Shown here: one piece after another, positions 27,762-40,820 of the stretch
Layout of the letters: each line of letters starts with the position of its first letter
Numbering within the stretch: position 1 is the stretch's first letter
NCBI RefSeq assembly: GCF_009914755.1
Contig: NC_060944.1
Length of the DNA: 64,000 bases
Strand: one strand, 5' to 3'
DNA from: the human T2T-CHM13v2.0 reference genome, Homo sapiens
Notes under the pieces: generated by a model
Database searches by the model: none
Told to the model about the DNA's origin: nothing
The model's input: the letters and a program-made list of their open reading frames with translations, nothing else
Translations under genes and position numbers: made by a program

Positions 27762-28276
27762 TGTTATGGTTAATACTGAGTGTCAACTTGATTGGATTGA
27801 AGGATATAAAGTATTGATCCTGGGTGTGTCTGTGAGGGTGTTGCCAAAGGAGATTAACATTTGAGTCAGAGGGCTGGGAAAGGCAGACCCAAACTTAATT
27901 GGGTGGGCACCATCTAATCAGGTGCCACCGAATAGAAAGCAGGCAGAAAAATGTGAAAAGGAGGGACTGGCCTAGGCTCCCAGCCTACATCTTTCTCCTG
28001 TGCTAGATGCTTCCTGCCCTCAAACATCAGACTCCGAGTTCTTCAGTTTTGAGATTTGGACTGGCTCTCCTTGCTCCTCAAGCTTGCAGACAGCCTATTG
28101 TGGGATCTTGTAATCATGTAAATTAATATTTAATAAACTCCCCTATATATATTATATATAATATATATACACACACATATACACTCATATAAATATATAA
28201 ACTCGTATATATATATATAAACTCATATATATATCTCCTATCAGTTCTGTCCCTCCACAGGATCCTGACTAATAAA
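27762..28276 (+). mobile_element. MLT2A (HERV-L) LTR
   Basis: tgttatggttaatactgagtgtcaacttgattggattga...ctgactaataaa followed by the internal start gattttggtac. Internal (TA)n expansion. Confidence 0.92.
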
Positions 28277-28284
28277 GATTTTGG

Positions 28285-29007
28285 TACTGGGAATGGGGAA
28301 GCTATTTCTTCTGGCAAAAAAGGTTCATCAGAGTTTACAAACTCAGTGTTCTCAGCTTCATCAGGGTCCTCCCACATGTCCCCATTCCAAGTTGCAGGGT
28401 TCTGTTCTTTTCCAATCAATGCCCTCACTTTAACAGTAGACACCTGGCGAGGCTGTGCATCCACTTTTCTTTGCGGGTCAGCCACTCGCATAGTAAGAGC
28501 TTGTGTCTGTTTTTCCACAATTTCAGCTCTTTCTCTATAGGAAATAAGACTCTCACTCAGGGCAATCTTCGCAGATTCAAGGCTCAGGATCCGCTGCTGA
28601 AGCTGGGAGACAGAATCCCTGAGTTCATCATTTTCTTTCATCACTTTGTCCACTGGACTTAAGAGCAACCAACCAGCTTGGTTCTCCACATATGGTCAAA
28701 GGTATTATGTATAGAGTCACTAAACTCCTTGACAATGAGGAGCGGTCAATCAGGGGTGTTAAATGCATTTATTTTGCATAATTCTCTAAACAGTTCATGC
28801 CAAGGACTGTCAGTGTTCTCCATACTATTAGAAGTAGAGTCCTTAGCATTTTTGGGTCTAATCATATTAAGCAGCCAACTCCAGAAACCTCAAAACCAAT
28901 GAAAGAACTCTATCCTTAATATTCTGTTCCTCTAGAACCACTCCCAGAACCAAAATCTGTATTAGTCACGGTTCTCTAGAGGGAAAGAACTAGTAGGATA
29001 TATATTT
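28285..29007 (-). mobile_element. Inverted HERV-L segment: LTR 3' end + PBS + 5' gag fragment
   Basis: Minus strand reads ..gagaaccgtgactaataca gattttggttctgggagtggttctagagg.. then gag-like peptide AGWLLLSPVDKVMKENDELRDS..VSTVKVRALIGKEQNPATWNGDMWEDPDEA (ORF 28123-28689). Confidence 0.9.
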
Positions 29008-29009
29008 AA

Positions 29010-29106
29010 AGCGGGGAGAAGCTTTTGCTTCTAATGGTCTTTGTGGACTTGCACGCCAAGCATGAGCCACTGCTTGCTTCCTTGCTGCAGTCCCCACTGT
29101 GTAAGG
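29010..29106 (-). pseudogene. Tentative latch pseudo-exon
   Basis: LHSGDC.SKE vs IHSGDYFLFESDSEEE, ~155 bp after the previous exon. No donor found before the HERV-L boundary. Confidence 0.4.
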
Positions 29107-29260
29107 TGGCAGACATTTTCTGAAGAATGGGCTGATCTTGGGGAACCCTGGAACTGAGAAGAGCCAGTGGGCCCAACTGGCTCCCATACTTGGACTTCTG
29201 AAGGGCTGTGCTCCTGGCAGCTGAGTAGCTGAGTAGAGGCCCCCCTTATGGCCCACTTAC

Positions 29261-29311
29261 CAGAAGGATGTGTCACCCAAGGCTGACACCATTTTATCTC
29301 GTCTTCATTTT
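29261..29311 (-). pseudogene. PIEZO pseudo-exon, lateral-plug cassette
   Basis: ENEDEIKWCQPWVTHPS g|gtaagt vs KKKQWWRPWVDHAS. 51 bp, phase 1-1, intact. Confidence 0.85.
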
Positions 29312-30367
29312 CTATCATGGTGAGATCATGTAGACAGAGACAAAACCTGAAATCTATCAGCCATCACCACCCTGGACCAGGTTGGGGTCATTCAAAAAAG
29401 AGGCTGGGCTAAAATTTACTCAGCTTCTGAAGAAACCAGAACCAGCTCCTTGAGTGTTTATGAACTCCCCCTGCCCTCATCCAACCTTACAAAATGGTTT
29501 GTTTGGGCAAATTAATTAGTGCAAATAAAATTTGAAAAGGAAATGCATAAACAACCTAAAATAATATGCTGATTTTGAGAGTGTTCAGGCTAATAAGCCC
29601 TTTTTTTTTTCTGTTTTGAGAAGATTCCCCACAGAGGCACCACTGAGCATTGCTTTGGAAGACCAGTTCTAATGGTTTTGTGAACTTGATAGTACTAAAA
29701 TGGAATATCTTTTCTTAAAAGCACCATAATTCAGTCTTGTCACTAATTCAGACAGTGCGTCCCCCAATTAGGAAGGTTAAACTATGTATCACACCCTTCA
29801 CATAAATTGCCAGGTAAAACAGAATCATCAGAGTGGTTGAGAGCCAAGTGATGACATGATTTTCTTCAACTTGTTCAACTAAGGAAAGAGAAAACCTAGT
29901 CCGCTTTAAAAGGAACAATTTTAGAAAGATATTTATTTTGAAAACAACAAAAACTGAAACATCCTTCTTCTTGAGCCACTTGGCCCTTTGGGGGAGTCAT
30001 GCTTTCTGAAAATCTCAAAACTGAAGGGCAGAAATGTCATTTAAAATAAATAACCTAACCATTTCCCCCAAACCAGGGTCCAATCAAAAAGAACACTTCT
30101 TGACCAGGGGGATTTTATTTTGCTGCTGGGGGAAGGTCCTTCCTGCAACTTTGGATTGAATTCAGAATTTCAACTCAAAGCACGATTCCAAATCTAAGCT
30201 CTTTAAATGCGCCAGACAAAAAGGCACTTCCATTATACCACAGTTCTGAGGGGAGAAATTCATTTTCTTGTTGGCTCCCAGTGTAGCAGAGGGATCAGTT
30301 TAGTGTCCCTGTTTCAAGACCACTGGGAGCAGGTCACCTCCATGATCCCATGGTAACAGCATCTCAC

Positions 30368-30498
30368 CTTTTATGAAGGCCCTTCTCTCAGCTTCCTTTC
30401 TGGGCAGGTAGCTCGTGCTAACGGCCAAATCGTCAGAACTCCTGCAGGCTCTCTGCAAAGCAGCAATTTTCTTTTGCTTTGCTTTGATTTTCTCCATC
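30368..30498 (-). pseudogene. PIEZO pseudo-exon, end of beam
   Basis: cag|g MEKIKAKQKKIAALQR...FIK g|gtgag vs MERIRAKQEK / MDRIKARQQK. Open, intact splice sites. Confidence 0.85.
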
Positions 30499-31066
30499 CT
30501 GGCAATTGAAGACAAACAGAGAAAGCCATTTTCTTCTCCACCAGTCAAAACGCCTTTGCCATTTTGTTGGTTTCAGTGCTTGCCTTTTTCCCTAAAACCG
30601 AGGCTGAGGAAGAGATGCCCAAAGTTATGCTCCCAAGTTTCCCTTAGTTCAGAGGGGCCTCATCAACACTCAGTCCCCAACAGCTAACAGCTCACGTAGC
30701 AACATGGACAGGATTCTGCTCTAGGTGCCGCAGAGGACTCAATGGTGACAGCCATGGGGGACAGCTGACCCCTCTCTGGCTGAGAAGATGGGACAGGAGT
30801 TACTATACAGATGGAGTTTGCCAATGTCAGGTGACCACAGTGCAGATGAGGGTCTGGGGCTGGGGAGGTCTTGGCAGGCTCAGACAGTTTGGGAATTCAG
30901 ACTTGAGCAGGCAACCAAATAGCACTTCATCAATTTCAGTCATTATGCATGCCATAATTTCTCCAGTATTATTTGATTTCCATAGTTGATTTTCAGTCAA
31001 TTCAATTTTAAACTTAGTTTCATTCTGAGCTATAATATCCTTGAAATCACCTACTGGATAGTCTAG

Positions 31067-31414
<348 letters not shown>

Positions 31415-31975
31415 TTAGTGTAACCATTAAGCGAAAACTACGTTTCTCTGTATACCCACTAAAGCCTTCCTGGGAAGCATCTGGGATGTGTGCCTCATAG
31501 CACATTGAGAGACAGAGCATGGTCTTGACTAAGTAGGGTTTTGGGTAGCCCATTTTAGCAAGGGACAGACTCAGACCCAGGAAGGCATGTGGCCTAAAGC
31601 AGAGCATCTGAGCTGTCAAGAGCTTAAGCATCACTTCCTCATCTAAGAATTACATCAGGAGATGGTTCCTCCCAGGAGAAGCCCATGTTCTCATCACACT
31701 CAAGAGCTCTGCCTTTGTTCTCCGAGCTAGAAGAATCAGCCCACAATTTCGCCACCTCCATCCGCTGATTGACCCACATTTAGAGCTCATTAGTGCTCCA
31801 CACTCCCAACCCTGGAACATCCTCAGTCTTATTGTAGACTCCTCCTCTTGGTGAAACTCAAAAATAAGAGAAAGGGGGAACCCTATATCAAAGAAAGAAA
31901 CAGGCAAGAAGAAGGTGGCAGATCCTTTGGAAGGAATATGCTTCCAGGATAAAAACAAAGAAAAGCCAGCTTGAC

Positions 31976-32063
31976 TGTTTCATGACAATCAGTGGGGATT
32001 TTTCTTATCTTCATAGTGCTCCAATGCCTGACTTAGGGTCTCTGCTTCAATAGCTTAGCACTC
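31976..32063 (-). pseudogene. PIEZO pseudo-exon, beam
   Basis: ttttattgtacaaacag|g SAKL(F)EAETLSQALEHYEDKK(K)SPLIVMK ca|gt vs PIEZO2 GAELFQATIVKAVKARIEEEKKSMDQLKRQ. 88 = 90-2 bp; phases 2/2 join both neighbours. Confidence 0.75.
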
Positions 32064-32461
32064 CTGTTTGTACAATAAAATACGTTTTGAAAAGTCATCT
32101 TAGCCTAGGTAACATTTTTGTGTGAATTCTGCTAGTAAAAAGTCACTACCAATTTTTGCACTAAGATGAATTGTATCGATCATTTCACATAACAAGACAG
32201 GTCTAGCTGGCTGCTCACAGATATCCATCCTTTTCTTCTTTTCTCCCCAAAGAGCATGAACCTCCAGAGCATAATGACCAGGTTTTGCTCAACAGATGGA
32301 GGACAGAACACTCAACAGACTCCGCAAGTTTACAACCAGCCTGAAAACTGGACGTGCTTAGGCAGGATCTTAGGGTGAGAAGCTGTTGAGTTTGAGGGCA
32401 CACAATTTGATCAGTGGCATATCTGAATTCAGGAATATGGTCTGAATTGCTGAAATGGATG

Positions 32462-33346
32462 GCATAATTCCATTGAAATTGAACTTGTCCCTTCCCTTTG
32501 GTGCAGGGTTAAAATGCAACATGAGGTCCAACTCTAGGGAGCAGATACCATCAATTAAAGAGAACTGCCCAGGGCTGTTGGATGATCAGTTTAGTATCAG
32601 ATGAGGAATTTGTCACCAGAAGGGGCTATCAGGCAAGCCAGTCTTGCAGACATTCAAATGAGGAGAGAAGCCTGAGCTGGGATGGGGGTGGAGATTGCAT
32701 AGAGAGGTGATCCCTTGGATCTCGGGCAGGGTTGGTTGACCTGCAGATTCTGAGGAACTTGGCCAGGTTCACCCTTGACTCTGAGCTGCCCTTGGTTCCT
32801 CACTGCCATTGGGTCAATGCCACTTCCCCACAGGTCTTTGCCTGCACCCTTCCACTGTGTTTACAACTCAGTGTGGCCCCAGGTCTCACGGTCCTACACA
32901 ATTAGAGTCCCACAAAGGGGCAACCAGAACTGAGTCCCAAACTCAGGACAAAGCTGTGTGTGGTGGAAGGGCTCTGTGAGGAGGGATGGCAGTCAGCCCT
33001 CTTCTGCCCCGAGCCAGCAGAGCAGCCCCAGGCGGGTGACTCGTTTTGAGCCTCAGCTCTTCCTCTGTCCAGAGGAGGGATGGGATCAGGTGGTCTGAGG
33101 TTTCTGAGCTTTCTAAGTTGTCATTGCAGTCCAGCATCATTCCCTTGAAATTGAATCTGTCCCTTCCCTTTGGTGCAGGGTTAAAATGCAGCATGAGGTC
33201 CAACTCTAGGGAGTTGCTTCCATCAATTAAAGAGAACAGCCCAGGGCTGTTGGATGATCAGTTTAGTATCAGATGAGGAATTAGTCACTAGAAGGGGCTG
33301 TCAGGCAAGCCGGCCATGCAGTCATTCAAATGAGGAGAGAAGCCTG
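32462..33346 (+). repeat. 213-bp direct duplication (32462-32674 / 33134-33346)
   Basis: About 17 mismatches, no indels, constant 672-bp offset. Confidence 0.93.
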
Positions 33347-33450
33347 TCCCACCCTGTCAATCAGCCGCCTGTTTATGCCTGTTCCCTTTGGGACAGGACA
33401 CTCTTGGAGCCCCTGAAATCTGAGGTCTTTGTCCCTAGGTCTCCTGGTGC

Positions 33451-33613
33451 CTGTACGCTGAGGCTTTGGTGGCCTCCGGATTGGCGACCACATACAGGTG
33501 GGAATAACTCAGGAAGCTCTGTCGCTGGACTTGCAGAACAGTGAAACACTTAGCCTCCCAAAGGACTCCCTCTTCCTTCTCTTCGGGTTCATGGATTTTG
33601 TCCTCAGGGATAG
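33451..33613 (-). pseudogene. PIEZO pseudo-exon, ~TM28 / start of beam
   Basis: EEGVLWEAKCFTVLQVQRQSFLSYSHLYVVANPEATKASAYR vs EAGIIWDSICFAFLLLQRRVFMSYYFLHVVADIKASQILASR. Open frame; donor reads GC. Confidence 0.9.
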
Positions 33614-34446
33614 CTGCATGGAAGACAGGAGAAGCCAAGAACCCCAGGCCAGAGCCTAGCATGGGTCGCGTCTCTGGATGGAAGGGGTCAGTTCCAGTTT
33701 GGACAGACCCTGCTTCACTTCCTTTTGGACTGTTCTGTCCTTTGCTCATCTTCCCTCTCCCCTTTCCGCCCAAATGGCTGATTTTCTAGGGAAACAAGCA
33801 GATAAGGTCAGAGCTGGGGAAATGTACCCAGTCCTCCCTGCTCCCCCATCAGCACCGGCCCCTCCCTGGAGCCTGAGCCCACCCCCGTACCAGGTTCCCT
33901 GAGGTGAGTCCTGCTGAAAGCCACTGCGTGGCCTTCCCTTTGGGGTAAACAGGCGGCTGATTGACAGGGTGGGACAGGTAACTTGTGGCACTGTAGATTC
34001 TTCCATTTCAGCAGCTCAATGTGGTGCATGGAAACCTACTCCCCGTGGCCCAGCGCTAAGCCCCAGACTTGTCTGTGAAAGATGAGAGCTGTGTCTTCAC
34101 ATATTTTCTTGACAAACTAAAAGAAAGAGAATGAGAGCCTAACCCAAGATGTCACTCAGAGACAAGAGTGAAAATAAATACATTTCCCCTTTTCCTTCAT
34201 TCATAAAAGGAAGCCAGTTACAGCTCTAGTCGGGCAGAACTCAGGGCTCCTCCCTCTCTAAACAGGCCAGAATCCCGGTCATTAGTGGTGGGGTTGAAGT
34301 TTAGCAAACTCCACAGAAGCACCCGTGGCACACAGTGGGATTATCCCCAAAGCCTAGAAGCCGCTGACTGCAGGGCGCCACTGCCCTTGACCTGACATGT
34401 GGTGTTGAGGCAGAGCCTTGGATGTTCCATCCCCTCTTTTCCTCTC

Positions 34447-34536
34447 GGTTTGGTCCCTGAGTTTCCCCTGGAGGGAATGGACGTCCTCCAGGGTTTGGTC
34501 CCTGAGTTTTCCCCGGAGAGAATGGACATCCTCCAG
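34447..34536. repeat. 45-bp tandem duplication (2 copies)
   Basis: ggtttggtccctgagttt..ggaatggac.tcctccag twice. Confidence 0.9.
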
Positions 34537-34992
34537 GTCCCACCAGGGCTTTTCTCAGTGGCTCTTCAGAGGACAGTCTGGCAAAACAGTCAAATGCAGC
34601 ACGTGAGCTTTGATTGGACTCTGATTCTAAAAATAGTAAGAGCTGCAATCAACCATTTGGAGCAACTGGAGGCACTGGAACGCAGACCGGGTATTAGAAG
34701 ATATCAGGGAATTAGAGTCATCTTCTTAGGGTGGACTGATAATGTGGTGGGTATATAGGAGAATGGCTTGATGTCTGCCTCTTTGTTTTCAGAGATATCT
34801 CAAAAATACTCATGCACACAGACGCACGTGCACACACACAAATATAGATAAAGCAAAGGTGGCTAAATAAACAGCTGTTAATCTAGGGGTGGGTATGCGG
34901 GTGATCACTGTACTATGCTTTCAACTTTGCTCCATGCCAACTGTCCCTGGGGTCATGCCTGCACTGTGCTGGCAAACATTCTGGGTGCTTAC

Positions 34993-35615
<623 letters not shown>

Positions 35616-36699
35616 TAGAAGAATCTTCTATGTTGCTAAGGACTGAGCACAGGAAATTGAGCAGCCACACACAACCATGGGGCCAAGACCAAGCCCTTGC
35701 CTTTCTCTCATCCTCCATGCTGTCATCTGCAAAGTCACTACATCATCTCTGAAGCCTCCTTCCCTCTCATGGTCTGTGTTTTTCGTCAAGAAAGACTTAC
35801 TGGCCATTAGGAGGATGAAGTCCTAAGATGTATTACACTAGAGGACACTGTGGTAGCTCCACCCAGGGAGATGAGATATGATGAATTGGTAACACGAATG
35901 TCACCATTACAATAAAAGCTAGTTTATCCGACAGGCAATCACTCGGAAGCCAATGAGGACCAAGATTCTGAATAATGATCTGCGGCTTTGAGTTGTCCAA
36001 AAAATGACTGCATTATGCTGAGTGGAGTTTAACGAACAGCCAAGTTGGAAGTTCATGCATGGGGCACAGCAGATTAAACAGTAAAAACAAGCACTGGGGG
36101 TCTGGAGATGGGTCAGTGGCTTGCAGGCCAGCTGACAGCACTGGGCTGGTCTCTTATTTCTCTGTCTTCATCTACCATGTGAAATTTTGAGTTTTACCAA
36201 CCCAAGATGGCAGTAGGGAGTCGGGGAGAAGGAAGAACCAAATAATCTCTTGAGGCCCCTTCCAGGTTTCAGACTCATGAGTTCTCCATTCTTCAAACTG
36301 TTAGATTAATCAACTTTTCTCTGCATTATTTTAATATGACTGCTCTTTGAAATATATGGTACATTCTGTTACCACGAATGAACACCAGATTCATCAGGGG
36401 ATCGTCTCTAGGTTACTAGTGAGTTTATAAAACATTCTTTCTATTGGGGTTCCTCTTTTTTTTACCTCTTGATTTCCTTTAAATGTAGAGCTCTTCAACA
36501 TCAAAAGCTGCTCCAAAAAGCCCAGGCTGCATCATGCATGACATATGGGGGATCATTTTACATTTTCCACCTTTGGTAAACATGGCTTTGAAAAAGGCCT
36601 TTTAAGATGACTGTTGGTTTTGGCAGTGCCTTTTCTTGGGGTATTAAGACAGTCAGGCTAGGAAAACAAAGAGCAGTCTTGAAAGAAAGCCTCCCATAC

Positions 36700-36943
36700 C
36701 GAAAGGAGAGTCTTCACAGCAACCACCAGCACCGAGCAGGCAATCAGGCAGTCCAGTGGCTGGAGAATGAACTTCACGGGCTTCAAGAGGAGGTGGCCTC
36801 CATGCAGCATGAGGTATCCAAAGGCCACCAGGTACCCAGCCCCTGAGGTGTTGATCCATGTCATTCCCACAAGAAAAAACAGCCAGAGCACACATCCAAA
36901 ATGATACCAAAAAACAACAACTTTCACCATGTCCAAGTAGGAT
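36700..36943 (-). pseudogene. PIEZO pseudo-exon, ~THU7 TM25-27
   Basis: SYLDMVKVVVFWYHF...GYLVAFGYLMLHGGHLLLKPVKFILQPLDCLIACSVLVVAVKTLLS vs PIEZO2 SYLDMSKVIIFSYLF..GYLVACFYFLLFGGDLLLKPIKSILRYWDWLIAYNVFVITMKNILS. 244 bp, open, AG/GT intact. Confidence 0.95.
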
Positions 36944-37149
36944 CTGAAAGGTTGAAGAGCGAGGAAAAAGTAAAGATGCTGTCACTTGACAGAGGGACAA
37001 AAGCATATCTTCTGCAGGGCACCTTAAAATATCTTCAATAAACATGTAAAACCGAGGCGGTGGGAGAAATGCAGCGAGCAGGAGACCCTCAGAGGCTCTT
37101 AGCAAAGCTGGTGCTGCCCGTGAGGGCAGGGTATTATGTAGAGTCAGGT

Positions 37150-38430
37150 TCATCGAGGTGTAACTTGCATATCGTCAAAATCTCCCTTATTAGGTGTGTA
37201 GTTCTTTGAATTTTGACAAATGCATACAGTCCTGTAGCCACCACTACAGTTGAGATCCTGAATATTTCCATTATTTCCAAAGTTTCCCGGGCTCCTTTGC
37301 AGTCCCCATCCCTCCAGGCAACCACTGATCTCTTTTCTGTCCCTACAGTTTTGCCTTTTGCAAAATATCACGGAAATGGCATGATACAGTATGTCACCTT
37401 TGGTGTCTGGCATAACGCTTTTCAGAGTCATCCACGTTATCTACGTAGTGCCTATAGTTCCATGCTTTTTATTGCTCAGCCATATCCCTTGCACGGACGC
37501 ACCACAATTTATCCAACCGCCGGGTAATGAATAAGTGGGTTGTCTCCAGTTTTTGGTGATTATGAATAAAGCTACCGTGAACATTCATGTCCAGGTTGTT
37601 GTATGGAACTAAGTTTCCATTTCGTTTGGGTAAATATATAGGAGGGGAATGGCTGTGTCATAGGGTAAGTATACATTCAACTTTATAAGAAACTGCCACC
37701 GTTTTCCAAAGTGGCTGTGCCATTTTGCATTCCTACCAGCAATGAGTGAGAATTCCTGTTGCTCTGCATTTTTCCAGCACTTGGTATTACCAGGGGGTTT
37801 TGGTTTGTTATTTTAATCTTAACCATTCTGATAAGTGTGTAGTGGTATTTCGTTTTAACTTTTAATTTCCATTTCCCTGATAACTAATGCTGTTAAGTAT
37901 CTTTTCAAAACATGCTTAATATCTTATTATCTTTTTTGATTATTTAAATCTTTTGCCTATTTTAAAAAATGAGTTGTTTTCTTTCATTGAGCTATAAAAG
38001 TTTGCATATATTCTGGATACAGGTACTATATCAGACACTGGTTTTGCAAATATTTTCTCCCAGTCTGTGATTTATCCTTTCATGATCTTGATAGTGTCTT
38101 TTGAAAAACATGTTTTGTGTTTTTTGGATGAATATCGATAATCAACTTTTTCCTGTTATAGCACATGATTTTTCTGTGTCCTATTAAAAGAAATATTCTC
38201 CCCACCCAAGGTCATGAAAAGCTTTTCCCATTTTTATAGAAGTTTTATAGTTCTGGGTTTTACATTTAGGTCTACAATCCATTTCGAGCTGATCTTTGTA
38301 TATGATGTAAGATCTGGATTAAGGCATTTTGTGTTTTAGGTTTTTTTTGGTGGGGTGGCTGGGTTATGGACATACAATTGTTCCAGCAGCATCAGTTGAA
38401 AAGACTATTTTTTCTGAACTCTCTGCACCA
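37150..38430 (-). mobile_element. Old L1 3' fragment
   Basis: Antisense L1 motifs (gcaaatattttctcccagtctgt, ttttccaaagtggctgtgccattttgcattc). Confidence 0.85.
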
Positions 38431-38559
38431 TTGATCTTGAACACTGCTTAGTACATAACAAATGCTCAATAAAATTGCTGACTGCATGAATGCGTGGTGA
38501 GCCCATGCCAGGACCCAGTCAACACATACATGTGACTTGGAGAGGAGACATTCAGAAAG

Positions 38560-38894
<335 letters not shown>

Positions 38895-39364
38895 CTAAAG
38901 TAAAGGTGCATTCACCCTATGACCCATTGACTCCATGCTTAGGTTTTTATCCAGAGGAACAGATATATTTCCACAAAAACCCTATGCAAAAATGTTTGTG
39001 AAAGGTTTATGCATATTAGCTCAAAACTAGAAACAGAATCGATGTTTATCAACTCATGAGTGGATCATCAAAATGTGGTATAATCCCTGGGAGAAGAATT
39101 AACTAGGAAGAGGAGATAAGAAAATGTCTGGGATGATGGAAATCATCTGTGCCTTGATGTGTCTCCATCAAAGTTGACTATCACACTTAAGATCTGAATG
39201 TTTCACTGTATATAAATTATACTTCAATTTTATATTTTTAAAATTAAAAAAGAAAATTATCATGATTTCTTCTCCAAAAGCAGCAATTCTTGGGCTCACC
39301 ATGCTGAAAGGGAGCAACGACTGCCTACCCACAGAGGGCCTGAGACCAGGACATCAGCTCTTAC

Positions 39365-39527
39365 GGCAGAAAATAAAGTTAGGAATAGGGCTGAGCTGGG
39401 CGAGGTCTTCTGGCCTCAGCTCTCTGCTGATCCCCACGATGTACCTGCCTGCATCCTCACTACACTCTGTTCGCATCTACAAACACCTGCCACTGCAGGG
39501 AGGCTACCAGGAGAAGAAGAAACTCAA
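39365..39527 (-). pseudogene. PIEZO pseudo-exon, ~TM24
   Basis: EFLLLLVASLQWQVFVDANRV(fs)VRMQAG(fs)IVGISRELRPEDLAQLSPIPNFIFC vs PIEZO2 DFMLLLCASLQRQIFEDENKAAVRIMAGDNVEICMNLD..NPVPDFIHC. 163 = 166-3 bp; AG/GT present. Confidence 0.92.
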
Positions 39528-40666
39528 CTGTAAAGATGCAAGGAGGGCTCATGGTCCCTGGCCATGGCTGCCCTGCCCCACGGTTTTGGGCACACAAAGG
39601 AGGACCTCACCCAGTGGCCATACCATAAGGGGCCACAGTGCAGGGAAGGCCCCCGGGACTAGCAAGGCCATATGCTCAGGGACCAAGTTCATCCTTTCAC
39701 ATCACTTGGCTGCCTCCCTTGTCACCATCTCCTTGGTAAAGGAGGTAGCACAAGGATGCGGTTTGAGTTTCCAGAAGGCACCTCCTGGAGCCTCCTTACT
39801 CAGCTCAGAGTATGACCCCAGAGCTGCAGGCAGAGGACTCACTCGTCCATGTGGAGCGTCAGTGGAGTTTAGGGTTCCCTGGCAGGTGCTCTCTTTACCC
39901 TTCCAAACCCTTGAAGACCTGGGTCAGGTGAAACGCAAACTCTACCCAGCAGAGATTTTGCCATCTTCTCTCTGCCGTGTCTCCATGCTCAGGGCAGTGC
40001 TCGGGCACATAGTTTGGATCTATCAGCATTTGATGAATGAATGAATAAATAAATAGCGGATTTTGCGTGTGACAGAATGCAAGGAAAAGGCAAGAACTGG
40101 GAGAAGGAAATGAAAACTTTTGACTATTTCTACCATTCATAGTTATATTTTCTCCTATAGAACTCCATCTGTTTTCAAGAAGATGGATATTTTCTAGGCT
40201 GACTGAGAAGGGCAAACCCTAAAAGGAGACTGCTTACCTTTGGATAGGTAATCACTATCTCCCCAAATCCATATTTTGGAAAGTCTTTATTCGAGATGCC
40301 ATTTGGAAATCTTATTTGCAAATCAGCCATCTACTTTTTATTTAGTATCTTACTAAATATCTGGATTTTAAATCATCTATCGAAAGTACCCCTCCCCACT
40401 TCACCCCATCAGAATAATGCTTATGAATTAAAATTCTCTCCGACACAAACATTTTTTAATTAGATGGAGACCTTGGAACCTGGTAACTATATTTCTTCCC
40501 TGAGTACTGTGTGGGTGATTACAAGAAGATGAAATGGAGAATATCGGAAAGAAGATTGGCAAAGAAGGGAAGCTGAGATGGCACTTGGCATGTCCTAAGT
40601 TCTCAATTGCCTGCCCAATCTGAAGTTCCCAATGTGAAGAGGCACTCAGACACCCTCGGTACTCAC

Positions 40667-40758
40667 AGAGTAACAAATTGGCATCCGGCTTCCTGGCAAA
40701 AATCTGGGAGATACAACCACTTACTGAGATTTGAGTGTCTTTCTGTACTAGTGGTTCT
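40667..40758 (-). pseudogene. PIEZO pseudo-exon, WLYLPDF loop
   Basis: [20 protein letters not shown](+1)[10 protein letters not shown]|gtgagt vs [29 protein letters not shown]. Leading DYPW deleted. Confidence 0.9.
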
Positions 40759-40777
40759 CTGCAAAGGAAGGAGTGAT

Positions 40778-40779
40778 TT

Positions 40780-40820
<41 letters not shown>

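Noticed and set aside
28123-28689. Domesticated gag gene
   Set aside because: Truncated fragment whose frame runs through the inversion junction into antisense LTR sequence.
31812-31883. GFPLSLIFEFHQEEES resembling the PIEZO1 beam exon, with a good pyrimidine tract
   Set aside because: 31976-32063 fits length, both phases and PIEZO2 sequence better; this one lacks a matching donor.
39262-40044. 260-aa plus-strand ORF
   Set aside because: Antisense to a pseudo-exon with no recognisable domain; likely chance.
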